NCBI GenBank assembly: GCA_048886185.1
Contig: JBHLKY010000005.1
Coordinates: forward strand, 60,001 to 92,000
Length of the DNA stretch: 32,000 nucleotides
From: Candidatus Hermodarchaeota archaeon
GTDB lineage: Archaea > Asgardarchaeota > Heimdallarchaeia > Hodarchaeales > Hodarchaeaceae
Direction of reading: 5' to 3'
Shown: positions 9,498-18,235 of the stretch, one piece after another
How the letters are laid out: every line of letters begins with the position of its first letter
How positions within the stretch are numbered: the first letter of the stretch is position 1
The notes under the pieces: generated by a model
What the model was told of the DNA's origin: nothing
What the model saw: only the letters and a program-made list of their open reading frames with translations
The model's database searches: none
Position numbers and translations under genes: made by a program

Positions 9498-10988
9498 ATA
9501 ATACTCGAAAAAGTAAATGAACTTTCTATAAAGCGGCAAAGGGGAATTTACAAAACTCCTTACAAGACTGCTCTTCATATGGTGGATTTGGTTCTTCCTT
9601 TTATAACTAAGGAATCAAAAATTCTAGAACCAAGTGCTGGAGATGGAATATTCATTCAAGCGCTCATTACTCGAGGAGTTAACCCTTCTCAAATTACAGC
9701 ACACGATATTAATAAGGATAAAATTCTAGATTTAAGCAAATTAAATGTTCAAACAAAATGTACTGACACATTACTCGATGATTATCCATTAAAGGATATT
9801 ATAATTGGCAATCCACCTTATAAAAGTCGTAGAGAAAGCCACTATATGAAAAACCATCAAGAGGAGCTAAAGGGAAAATATGGGTTTATAGGTTTGTATA
9901 ATCTCTATTCTCTTTTCATTGTGAATGCAATTCAGCATTTAAAAGAAGATGGAGTTTTATGTTTCATCGTGGAAGATGCATTCTTTACAAATCGATATTA
10001 TTATCGTTTTCGAGAGTTTATTTTAAATAATTGTAAGATTTTACAGATTAAGCTTGCTCCATGGAAACTTTTCCACTCAAGTAGAGCAGATGTTCGAACT
10101 GCAATACTATTATTCAAGAAGAAAAAAACTGGATTATTCATAAGAGAGAAAATGTTAGGAGAGGATAGACAACACTATATGCGTCTTATTGATCGCTTGA
10201 CAAGTGAAAAAGAATATTTAAAACCATCCAAAATACAGATAGTACCTCAAATCGAATATCGAAAGATGCCAGATTTGAAATTTTTTGTTGGAGTACCAAA
10301 ATCAATTATTCGACTGGTTCAGAGTCCACCAGCAAGATTTGGTGATATCGCTAAGGGGGGGACTGGCATTTCAACTGGTAATGATAAGAAATATTTAAAA
10401 AGGGCAGAAGAGGTAGAAAATGATCCCTCATGGGTAGGATTCTATAAATCGGGCCAACGTACTCCTTATTATTATAAAACGCCATATTATATTGAGAAAA
10501 ACTATCACAAAAATGTTAGTGCTGATCCTAAGAATTTTCTTATCAGGAATGAGCAATTTTATTTCCAAAAAGGAATTACCTGCAGTAGTGCTGGGAGAAA
10601 ATTTTCTGCTGCTTATTTACCGGAAGGAAACCTATTTGGAGTTAATGCGAACTTCTTTTTCGATAATGAAGCAGATTTATATTATTCCTTGGGATTCCTG
10701 AATAGTAAACTTGTACAATATTTAGCTAGAAAAGTAATAAATCGTTCAAATATAATAGCAACGAGCTTTATCAAAGAAATACCTTTCATTGAACCATCAG
10801 ATGATCAAAAAAAGGAAGTCACAGCTATTGTTAGGGCTATAGTGACATCACTTATGGATGATCTAAACTTTGATTTTTCTACTGGAGCTGAAAGAATTGA
10901 CAAGATAATTTTTGACTTGTATGAGATATCAAATAAAAGAAAAGAAGAAATACTAGATTTTTGTGACAAAATTCTGGATCTAGTATGA
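9498..10988 (+). CDS. Second amino-DNA methyltransferase (TaqI-like M plus TRD); start probably upstream of the first ATG at 9579
   Basis: ILEPSAGDGIF, IIIGNPPY, YYSLGFLNS. The frame is open from 9453 and encodes KRQRGIYKTP just before ATG 9579. AAGGAG lies 6 nt before an in-frame ATA at 9498. Confidence 0.88.
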   Translation: MILEKVNELSIKRQRGIYKTPYKTALHMVDLVLPFITKESKILEPSAGDGIFIQALITRGVNPSQITAHDINKDKILDLSKLNVQTKCTDTLLDDYPLKDIIIGNPPYKSRRESHYMKNHQEELKGKYGFIGLYNLYSLFIVNAIQHLKEDGVLCFIVEDAFFTNRYYYRFREFILNNCKILQIKLAPWKLFHSSRADVRTAILLFKKKKTGLFIREKMLGEDRQHYMRLIDRLTSEKEYLKPSKIQIVPQIEYRKMPDLKFFVGVPKSIIRLVQSPPARFGDIAKGGTGISTGNDKKYLKRAEEVENDPSWVGFYKSGQRTPYYYKTPYYIEKNYHKNVSADPKNFLIRNEQFYFQKGITCSSAGRKFSAAYLPEGNLFGVNANFFFDNEADLYYSLGFLNSKLVQYLARKVINRSNIIATSFIKEIPFIEPSDDQKKEVTAIVRAIVTSLMDDLNFDFSTGAERIDKIIFDLYEISNKRKEEILDFCDKILDLV

Positions 10989-11015
10989 AATAATAATCAT
11001 TTCGAACTTTGGAAG

Positions 11016-11264
11016 CTAGATCTTGAAAACTTCGTCTCCAGGTCTTACTCGTTCCGAGACTTTAAGACCAATTTTCTGACCTGCTGATGCAGAGTCAATA
11101 TCTGCTCGATCAATTTGCATAGATTCAACTGTCATCTCAAAATCAGTGGTCGAGCCCTTAATAGCTATATTATCCCCCTTGGATATTGATCCAGAAGTAA
11201 TATCCAAGACAGCAACACTTATTTTGGAATAGAAGTTTTCTATTGTCCCAATTTTCTCTGGCAT
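11016..11264 (-). CDS. Stand-alone translation-factor domain II-like / U32 peptidase C-terminal-like beta-barrel protein
   Basis: 82 aa: IGTIENFYSKISVAVL, GDNIAIKG, VESMQID, AGQKIGLKV, RVRPGDEVF. GGAGG upstream. Confidence 0.8.
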   Translation of the reverse strand: MPEKIGTIENFYSKISVAVLDITSGSISKGDNIAIKGSTTDFEMTVESMQIDRADIDSASAGQKIGLKVSERVRPGDEVFKI

Positions 11265-11527
11265 ATCATAAGTCCTCCGTATTTTTCAGACTTGCTACTT
11301 TGTGGAAGAAAGATGTTCATAAAGCTTTTGGTGTACTTGCACTTCTAAAGTCCAATAATTTGGTTAATAATATCTTTTTTTTTTAGAAGAATTTCAAAAC
11401 CCATTTTATGTTTGTCCCAGAAAATCTAAATATATGAGAGAATAGAACTACTTAAACCATTTAATACTAAAAATCCTTTGTGACTAATAATTTTCTTAAA
11501 TATTTAGATGTTAAATGTGTGTGTTCA

Positions 11528-12244
11528 ATGTTTGGAGTTCTTCTTTTACATTCTTTTGGATCTACGAAAATAGAATTTCAAGAATTTGTCGATTACTTGG
11601 AAGGGCAAGGATTTCGGACAATTGTTCCTAGCATACCTGGTTATGGCTCATTTCCAAAAGATCTTGAAAATTTTACATATAAAGAATGGCTTAAAGCTTC
11701 TGAAAATGCTCTGAAAGAACTAAATTGCCAAGTCACTTTCATTATTGGACAGACTACAGGTGCACCACTTGCTCTTTCTTTGGCTGCTAAACACCCTGAA
11801 ATATTAGGAATTGTCACGATTTCAGGTATTATTAATTTACCAAGATGGTCCATGCTTTATAGACCTTTTATAAAATATAGACCTAGTCTAATTAAATGGG
11901 AGAGTCTAAGTTCTAGAGTAATACCATTTTATAATGAAAAAATTGGAACAAAAACTTATCAATTCAAAAATGTTCCTCATAAAAGCTTAAATGAGATTTT
12001 TAGGTTAATTCAACATACTAGGAGAATCCTTCATAAAGTGATCCAGCCAATATATGTTTTTCATCCAAGCACGGCAAGAGAACTCGATGCTCATTACATC
12101 TTCGAGGAAGTATCCTCAAATAAGAAGAAATTGAAGTTTATAGAAAAAGGGGGGCCAATAATGTCTATTGATCTATCACGATGGATAATCTTTCAAGAAA
12201 CAACTCATTTCTTATGGAACTGTATAAATCTTTACCAAATGTAA
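11528..12244 (+). CDS. Alpha/beta hydrolase-fold protein (carboxylesterase-like) with degenerate active site
   Basis: VLLLHSF, PSIPGYG, YKEWLK, IGQTTGA at the nucleophile elbow, QPIYVFH. ORF track starts at 11480; ATG 11528 (MFGVLLLH) fits the fold start better. Confidence 0.8.
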   Translation: MFGVLLLHSFGSTKIEFQEFVDYLEGQGFRTIVPSIPGYGSFPKDLENFTYKEWLKASENALKELNCQVTFIIGQTTGAPLALSLAAKHPEILGIVTISGIINLPRWSMLYRPFIKYRPSLIKWESLSSRVIPFYNEKIGTKTYQFKNVPHKSLNEIFRLIQHTRRILHKVIQPIYVFHPSTARELDAHYIFEEVSSNKKKLKFIEKGGPIMSIDLSRWIIFQETTHFLWNCINLYQM

Positions 12245-12245
12245 T

Positions 12246-13295
12246 TCACAAGCGTCTTAAAATTCTCGCAAGGAAGTGGCGCTTCGGAATTTCCTTCTCA
12301 GGCAGTTTAAGCCTTTTAGAGGTTAAAACATAGTCATTTAGTAGTGTTTTAATATCTAGGGATTCTAATTCTTCGGCCTGAGATATTAAAATCTCCTCTG
12401 TGATCCTTTTCTTAAGGGATTCTCCTAAATCCTCGAGAACTATTTCTTTCATACCAAAAAAGCTTGTGTAAAATTCAGAATTCAAAGCTAATTCAACATA
12501 GGGAGCATCAATAGAGAGAAAATATTCTTCTCCATGAACAAATGATAAGCTTTGAATGGTATTTGTACCAAAAACTAAGCTTTTAGGTTTAGCATCAAAT
12601 AATGACATTAAAAAGGAAATAATTATAGCAAGATATCCTGCCAAAACAACAGGATCCTTTTCTACATGAAAATCAAGAGGGATTTCCCCGCCACTCATGT
12701 GAGAAACGAGTGCCCAACCTTTAGGTGATAGAGGACGAGTTAATTCGGGTTGTTTCCGTAGATAGTAGTGTAGAAATAGAAGGTCTTCGAATGAAAGCAT
12801 AGAAAAGTTACTAGCACCCTTACCAACTATTTTACTGATGTCCTGACTATAACCATCTGAAATATCAATAATAATGTTTTGCCATATAGACTCAAAATAA
12901 TCTCTTGATTCTTCATCAGGTAATTCCGTGATACATTGAGCATATAACATAGCAGCTTGCCCAACAAGAACAGCACTCATGATTTCTTGTACTTCATGAG
13001 CAATACCCCCATGTGCATTAATTAGTTTCATTGTTGTACTGGGATCACTCATAATAAGAAAGAATTTATTCTCTAAGGAGACAACAAAAACTTCTGATGG
13101 GCGAAAACCAGCGCGTTTTTTTACATCAAAGTTGATCTGAGCAATTCCATGTTGGCCAAATAATTCCTCCCCAATTTGAGCAAGTGCAGTTAGAAAATTG
13201 GTGACAATAGTAAGAAATTCATTGTCTGGGTTCCCAAATGTCCACCTTACGTCCTTAGTTTCAACAAAAAGAGCCCAATTTGGGTCAACTTGCAT
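12246..13295 (-). CDS. Hypothetical protein with two putative longin-like domains
   Basis: Two segments with strand-hairpin/helix/strand pattern: IVTNFLTALAQIGEELFG...IAQINF...VFVVSLENKFFLIMSD and VLAGYLAIIISFLMSLFD...LVFG...LSFVHGEEYFLSID. Strong SD AAGGAGG 6 nt before the ATG. Confidence 0.6.
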   Translation of the reverse strand: MQVDPNWALFVETKDVRWTFGNPDNEFLTIVTNFLTALAQIGEELFGQHGIAQINFDVKKRAGFRPSEVFVVSLENKFFLIMSDPSTTMKLINAHGGIAHEVQEIMSAVLVGQAAMLYAQCITELPDEESRDYFESIWQNIIIDISDGYSQDISKIVGKGASNFSMLSFEDLLFLHYYLRKQPELTRPLSPKGWALVSHMSGGEIPLDFHVEKDPVVLAGYLAIIISFLMSLFDAKPKSLVFGTNTIQSLSFVHGEEYFLSIDAPYVELALNSEFYTSFFGMKEIVLEDLGESLKKRITEEILISQAEELESLDIKTLLNDYVLTSKRLKLPEKEIPKRHFLARILRRL

Positions 13296-13452
13296 TAGAA
13301 TCCTCCTTAATGAATATAATTTCTTTCCTGCGAGGGGCTAGGGGTAACTTTTTTAGTCTTTCTTAAGAGCTGTTTCAGTACTTTATTTAATTTTATCATA
13401 AAAAGCAATATTACAATTACTTTACTAGAAAGGCCATAATGGTGAAATAAAT

Positions 13453-14616
13453 ATGATATCAGATCAAGTAAAAGTATTAAAAGGCTCTCCAACAATGAGT
13501 TTTCTCTCCATGGCTAAGCAGAGGGAACTAGAAGGTCACCATATTATCCATCTTTCGATAGGGCAACCAGATTTCCAACCCCTTGAACCAATAATTAAAA
13601 CTACAATAGAAGCTATTGATGAGGGGAAAACGAGTTATACAGTCAGCTCTGGTATCCCTGAATTGCGTCAAGCAATTGGACATCTTTATCAAGAAGATTA
13701 TGGAGTGTCAATTAATCCTAATGATGAAATAAAAATTACTTCAGGTGGAAAGCATGGAGTTTTCGCGACATTTTATACTGTGCTAAATCGAGGAGATCAG
13801 ATAATCATTCCTGAACCATATTGGGTAAGCTATCCTGACATAGCACAACTTGCTGGTGCAAATTTCATTCCCATTCCAATGACACCTGATTTCTCATTAA
13901 ACCAAGATAAAATAATAACAGCCTTGTCTGATAAGAGGACAAAAGCTATTTTAATTAATTCTCCAAACAATCCCTCCTCTCATGTTCTGACATCAGAGGA
14001 GATCAGATTTCTCAGAGACATTGTAGAAGATTATGACATATTTGTTATAAGTGATGAGATTTACAGTGATTATCTCTTTATTGATGCACCAGCTCGTACT
14101 CTTTTAACAGAATTCGACGATTGGCGCCAAAATATCATTGTAATAAATGGATTTGCAAAAACCTATAGTATGACAGGTTATCGATTGGGTTGGACCATCT
14201 CTAATCCCGAAATTGCGAAAGGAATTCTTAAAATAATTCAAGCAACGACTACTTGCCCTACGAACTTTTGTCAATGGGCAGGTGTAACAGCATTGAAAGA
14301 AAGGGCACAAGCAAGGGAGGTAATAAAGAATCTATTTCCTAAACGAAGAGATATTTTATTTGAGGAAGTTCAAAGAACAGAGGGGATCACTCTCCAATCA
14401 GTCGATGGGGCTTTCTATGGCTTTGTGAAATATGACTTCACAGATAAACCTTCTGAAACTGTTGCAATAGATTTGTTAATGAATGCAAATGTATCAGTTA
14501 TTCCTGGCTCTGCGTTTGGAAACTCAGCAGAGGGTTACCTCCGTATAACCTTCTCACGCTCTATACAAGAAATTCAAGAGGCATTTCAACGCATTAGAAT
14601 ATTTTTGGGCCAATAA
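13453..14616 (+). CDS. PLP-dependent class I/II aminotransferase (aspartate aminotransferase-like)
   Basis: LSIGQPDF, YTVSSGIPELR, INSPNNPS, ISDEIY, GFAKTYSMTGYRLGW (PLP lysine), PGSAFG, YLRITF. Confidence 0.95.
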   Translation: MISDQVKVLKGSPTMSFLSMAKQRELEGHHIIHLSIGQPDFQPLEPIIKTTIEAIDEGKTSYTVSSGIPELRQAIGHLYQEDYGVSINPNDEIKITSGGKHGVFATFYTVLNRGDQIIIPEPYWVSYPDIAQLAGANFIPIPMTPDFSLNQDKIITALSDKRTKAILINSPNNPSSHVLTSEEIRFLRDIVEDYDIFVISDEIYSDYLFIDAPARTLLTEFDDWRQNIIVINGFAKTYSMTGYRLGWTISNPEIAKGILKIIQATTTCPTNFCQWAGVTALKERAQAREVIKNLFPKRRDILFEEVQRTEGITLQSVDGAFYGFVKYDFTDKPSETVAIDLLMNANVSVIPGSAFGNSAEGYLRITFSRSIQEIQEAFQRIRIFLGQ

Positions 14617-14635
14617 ATCTCAGAGGAAATATATT

Positions 14636-15667
14636 TTGAAAGTTGAGTTACTAACAACTGAAGATGTTAGAGCTTTTCTTATGATGCACAACTTATCTGC
14701 AGCTTTGGGAACCGCACTAGAATTACACCTCTTTTGGCATTTAGAAGAGTTACCCTTGAGTCTTGAAGACATTTCTAAGAAATACCAAATTCCATTAGAT
14801 CGTTGTCGTTATTGGCTTGAATTATTAGTGGAAATCAATCTTTTGGAAAAACAAGATAAAAAATATATTCCGTCTTATGTCGCACGTTCAGCCATATTAG
14901 AAAGATATAATCCTGATTCATGGTCATTTATTGCACAGGAAACTGTTCGGTATCTCACTGGATATAATCTAACTACGCATATTTCTCATCCAAAATCAGT
15001 TTTGGTAGCACAAGCACAACAACCATATAATTGGTTTAAGCAAATGGAAGAAAATATAGATTATGCACGACGATTCACGCGAGTATTATATGACTTACAT
15101 TACTCTCTGGGTGAAAAATTAGCTCAAACTCTTGAGATGAGTGGTGTAAAGCGACTGATGGATGTAGGGGGAGGTTCAGGAGTTATTTCATTAGCTTTGC
15201 TGAAAAAAAATCCTAATTTAACAGCTGTTGTTATTGATATCCCAAAAGTTTGTGTTGTAGGCAGAGAAATTGCATCTGAAACTTCAGTGGCAGATCGAAT
15301 TGAATATCGAGCTTTAGATTTTAACCAAGATGAACTTCCAAAAGGTTTTGATATGGTTTTGGAATGTGATGCTGGAGGTTACGATAAAACTTTACTACGT
15401 AAAATATATAATTCACTGAACAGAGGAGGCCATCTAGTAACTGTAACTAATATAGATTTAGATAGTGATTGGCTTTATTCACATCCATTAGAAAAAGTAT
15501 CTTTTCCAAGATTAATTAAATTATTCCAATCAACATTAGAAGCCCCTAAACTTACACTTAAAACGATAACCGACGTTTTTAATCGCCTTCATCACATAGG
15601 GTTTCATCCTGTTACAAAAACGACATTAGAAGATGAAACTTTGATTATCAAAGCCCAAAAACCATAA
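14636..15667 (+). CDS. SAM-dependent O-methyltransferase (class 2, N-terminal dimerisation/wHTH domain)
   Basis: ALELHLFWHL...LSLEDIS N-terminal domain, LMDVGGGSG, VVIDIPKV, LNRGGHLV. TTG start with GAGGA upstream. Confidence 0.88.
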   Translation: MKVELLTTEDVRAFLMMHNLSAALGTALELHLFWHLEELPLSLEDISKKYQIPLDRCRYWLELLVEINLLEKQDKKYIPSYVARSAILERYNPDSWSFIAQETVRYLTGYNLTTHISHPKSVLVAQAQQPYNWFKQMEENIDYARRFTRVLYDLHYSLGEKLAQTLEMSGVKRLMDVGGGSGVISLALLKKNPNLTAVVIDIPKVCVVGREIASETSVADRIEYRALDFNQDELPKGFDMVLECDAGGYDKTLLRKIYNSLNRGGHLVTVTNIDLDSDWLYSHPLEKVSFPRLIKLFQSTLEAPKLTLKTITDVFNRLHHIGFHPVTKTTLEDETLIIKAQKP

Positions 15668-15726
15668 ACATAAAAGAAGTAGAAATAACATTAGTAAGGA
15701 CATTTCTTCTTTACTGTTATCCATAC

Positions 15727-16269
15727 ATGAAAATTAAGTTTAAGAGAATAATCTTGATACATCCCAATCAAATAATATTTGTCAGTTTATACTCAAAAAA
15801 GAAAAGATGTGTTACTCAGGTGAAAAAAAAGCAAGACATCCTTGAAGGCACAATGAATTACTGGAAAAGGAAAGCTAACTGTGCTAGATCAACAGCTTGC
15901 GGTATTTTAGAGTATTACGGAAAGAATTCCTTATCAGATCCATTTTATAAGGGAATGCTTCCAATGGGTGGTGGTTTGGGAGAAGGATTAGTCTGTGGAG
16001 CTGTTATAGGTTCTCTAGTCGCAACTAGTTTAGTTCTTGTTGAAAGTGGATTAAACGATGAAATGACATCAAAACAAATAAAAAAGTGGAAACAAGAATT
16101 TATTCAAAAATTTGAAAGCTTAAACTGTTTTGATTTAATTAATGAGTTTAGAAACGCAGAAGGTAAAGTCGATCTTAAAATGCCTGGTAGACGAGAAAAA
16201 TGCACGGAAATTGTGGCTTCAGCGGTTACCATTGCAAAACAGGTGATAGATTTTCCAACAGAACAATAA
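15727..16269 (+). CDS. C_GCAxxG_C_C family putative redox protein
   Basis: NCARS, GGGLGEGLVCGAVIG, NCFDL, KCTEIV. The real start is probably downstream of 15727 (about 15810-15855). Confidence 0.85.
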   Translation: MKIKFKRIILIHPNQIIFVSLYSKKKRCVTQVKKKQDILEGTMNYWKRKANCARSTACGILEYYGKNSLSDPFYKGMLPMGGGLGEGLVCGAVIGSLVATSLVLVESGLNDEMTSKQIKKWKQEFIQKFESLNCFDLINEFRNAEGKVDLKMPGRREKCTEIVASAVTIAKQVIDFPTEQ

Positions 16270-16287
16270 TTAATGATTTATTAAATT

Positions 16288-17265
16288 TTAAGAAGGGGAT
16301 GGTTCAAGAATTATCCAACCTATAACCCGTAAATATGTGAGATTCTCAACAAAATAACTCTGAATCTCATTAGAAAACGAGGCTAAGGGTGCTATTTCGA
16401 TACCTTTTTCTAACTTCATCAGCATTGATTGTACTGCATTTAAATGTCTAGTATTCAACATCAAACCTTTATCTACAAGTGTAAATATCTGATCACTGAA
16501 ATCTTTTTCTAGCAATGAGTTGGGAATGTTATCGCAGAGCTTAATGAAAGCTGAAATAATGTTTCGGTAAGCCTGATCTGCATCAACTAAGAATGGAACT
16601 AAATCGTTTGGATTGAAAATTGTTTGAGCTTTTTCAAAACAATTCTTTGCCTTCATAATCTCTTCTTGGATATCTTGAGGTATTTCTAGTGGTGATGGAT
16701 CACGAGATTCTTTAAGGGGATAGTATGAATTAATAACCTGTTGTATAATGTCTAGAGTTTTTAGAAAGATTTCAAGGTTATTTTTGGTATCTTTTTGTTC
16801 ATTAACGCGATTTATAATCTTTTCTAATTTTTCTTTTTCATTCTTCAGCTTATTACTAGCATTCTTTGTTTCAGTCTGTTTTTGTTTAAATTCTAAAGCT
16901 TTCTTTTCTTGTTCTCTCTTTTCATCTTTCAAAGCTTGAATTTTTGAGTCGATTACACTTCGCTGTGAACTTATTTGAGCAAGTTGCTGTTCTAAAGTAC
17001 TAATTTTTTCACGTAATTCATTAATTTCGTTTTCTAAATACGTATTGGTTTGAATAAGTTGTGAAATATCAATCACTTTGGTTATGTCGTCTTTCGTTAT
17101 TTTTGTAACCTTTTCATTAAGAAAAATAAGACGATCTGATAATGCAGATTCTTGACTGGATAATTCATTTAGTTTCTGGGATAATTCAACTTTGAGTTGT
17201 AGATGGGTTTCAGTCTCTCGTCTTAATTCTTCATCAAGATTCAGAATTTTATCAACATATGACAA
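16288..17265 (-). CDS. Long coiled-coil protein with C-terminal helical globular domain
   Basis: About 175 aa of E/K/L/Q heptad-like sequence followed by a non-repetitive helical domain. Confidence 0.75.
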   Translation of the reverse strand: MSYVDKILNLDEELRRETETHLQLKVELSQKLNELSSQESALSDRLIFLNEKVTKITKDDITKVIDISQLIQTNTYLENEINELREKISTLEQQLAQISSQRSVIDSKIQALKDEKREQEKKALEFKQKQTETKNASNKLKNEKEKLEKIINRVNEQKDTKNNLEIFLKTLDIIQQVINSYYPLKESRDPSPLEIPQDIQEEIMKAKNCFEKAQTIFNPNDLVPFLVDADQAYRNIISAFIKLCDNIPNSLLEKDFSDQIFTLVDKGLMLNTRHLNAVQSMLMKLEKGIEIAPLASFSNEIQSYFVENLTYLRVIGWIILEPSPS

Positions 17266-17275
17266 TGAAAATACC

Positions 17276-17830
17276 TTATCCTTGTTGATGGATCAAGTTA
17301 CGTAATTCTTCAATCTCATTGGTGAGAATCTGAAGCTCATCCTGGGCTGATTGAATTTCTTGGGAAATTAGGTCTAATTCACTTAATTCAGACTCATCAA
17401 AATTAGATATAGCATCGGAATGGGAGATGAGTGACGAGATTTCCTGTTGATATTGATTCTCTAATATTTTCTGTTCTTTAATATGGTTAGAAATCTCACT
17501 AATTGATTTTTCAACATTTAATTTCGTTGATTGGAGGTGAAAGAGGATTTGTTGTTTCTCTTGTATTAATTTATTGAGCTCTTCTGGATCCTGTATTGCA
17601 TCGTCAAAGTCTTGTTTTACGACATTAAGTTCGGGATGTGAAGCAAAAAAATCTTCTATCTCATTATTGAGACTAGTTACTATTTTTTGTTTTTCATCAA
17701 TTTTTCTGGATAGAATTCCTCTGATTCGACGATTTTTGGTTAATCTCTGGTCAAATTCTTCTTTCTTTTCTTGATAAAGCTTTTCAAGCTCATTTTCGGA
17801 TAATTGAGACAAATTCTCTCTAGTCTGCAA
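17276..17830 (-). CDS. Coiled-coil protein
   Basis: 184 aa, E/Q/L/I/K-rich heptad pattern. TTG start with AAGGGG upstream; 10-nt gap to the next coiled-coil gene. Confidence 0.72.
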   Translation of the reverse strand: MQTRENLSQLSENELEKLYQEKKEEFDQRLTKNRRIRGILSRKIDEKQKIVTSLNNEIEDFFASHPELNVVKQDFDDAIQDPEELNKLIQEKQQILFHLQSTKLNVEKSISEISNHIKEQKILENQYQQEISSLISHSDAISNFDESELSELDLISQEIQSAQDELQILTNEIEELRNLIHQQG

Positions 17831-17988
17831 CTGTTTCCCCTTTACTTCAAATTAGGTAATTCTTTTCTATTGTTTCTATAATCTTTTTCCTTATTTAATT
17901 GTTTTTTGAATTTTCTTATATATTTAAGAACTATTACTTAGAAATATGATAATAACTATAAAATTGTTGATTAATCAGTGGATTACCA

Positions 17989-18228
17989 ATGAATCAAGAA
18001 ATAATATTTTTTCATTCATTAATTTGCACGCGATGCCTCAGAGTACGACGAATAGTAAATAAAATCCAAAAAAACCATCCTGAATTGGATATTAAAAAAG
18101 TTGGATCGGTTACTAAGTTTTTAAAACGAGAATTACGAACTCTACCAGCACTCAAAGTTGGTAGAACTGTTCTTTATGGAAAAGAAATTACAGAATTGCG
18201 AATATTAACTGAATTGGGATTAGAGTAA
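17989..18228 (+). CDS. Small thioredoxin/glutaredoxin-like protein
   Basis: 79 aa, FFHSLICTRC (CxxC after the first strand), LRTLPALKVG (cis-Pro region). Confidence 0.75.
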   Translation: MNQEIIFFHSLICTRCLRVRRIVNKIQKNHPELDIKKVGSVTKFLKRELRTLPALKVGRTVLYGKEITELRILTELGLE

Positions 18229-18235
18229 TGCCATA

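Noticed and set aside
8158-14310. Short ORFs 8158-8361, 10492-10701, 11641-11853, 13307-13495, 14104-14310
   Set aside because: Shadows of larger genes. 13307-13495 overlaps the aminotransferase start and a divergent promoter region.
16288-17830. SMC/Rad50 or ESCRT-III assignment for the coiled-coil pair
   Set aside because: No Walker A/B or signature motifs and no hinge; nothing specific to Snf7/Vps24 could be recognised by eye.
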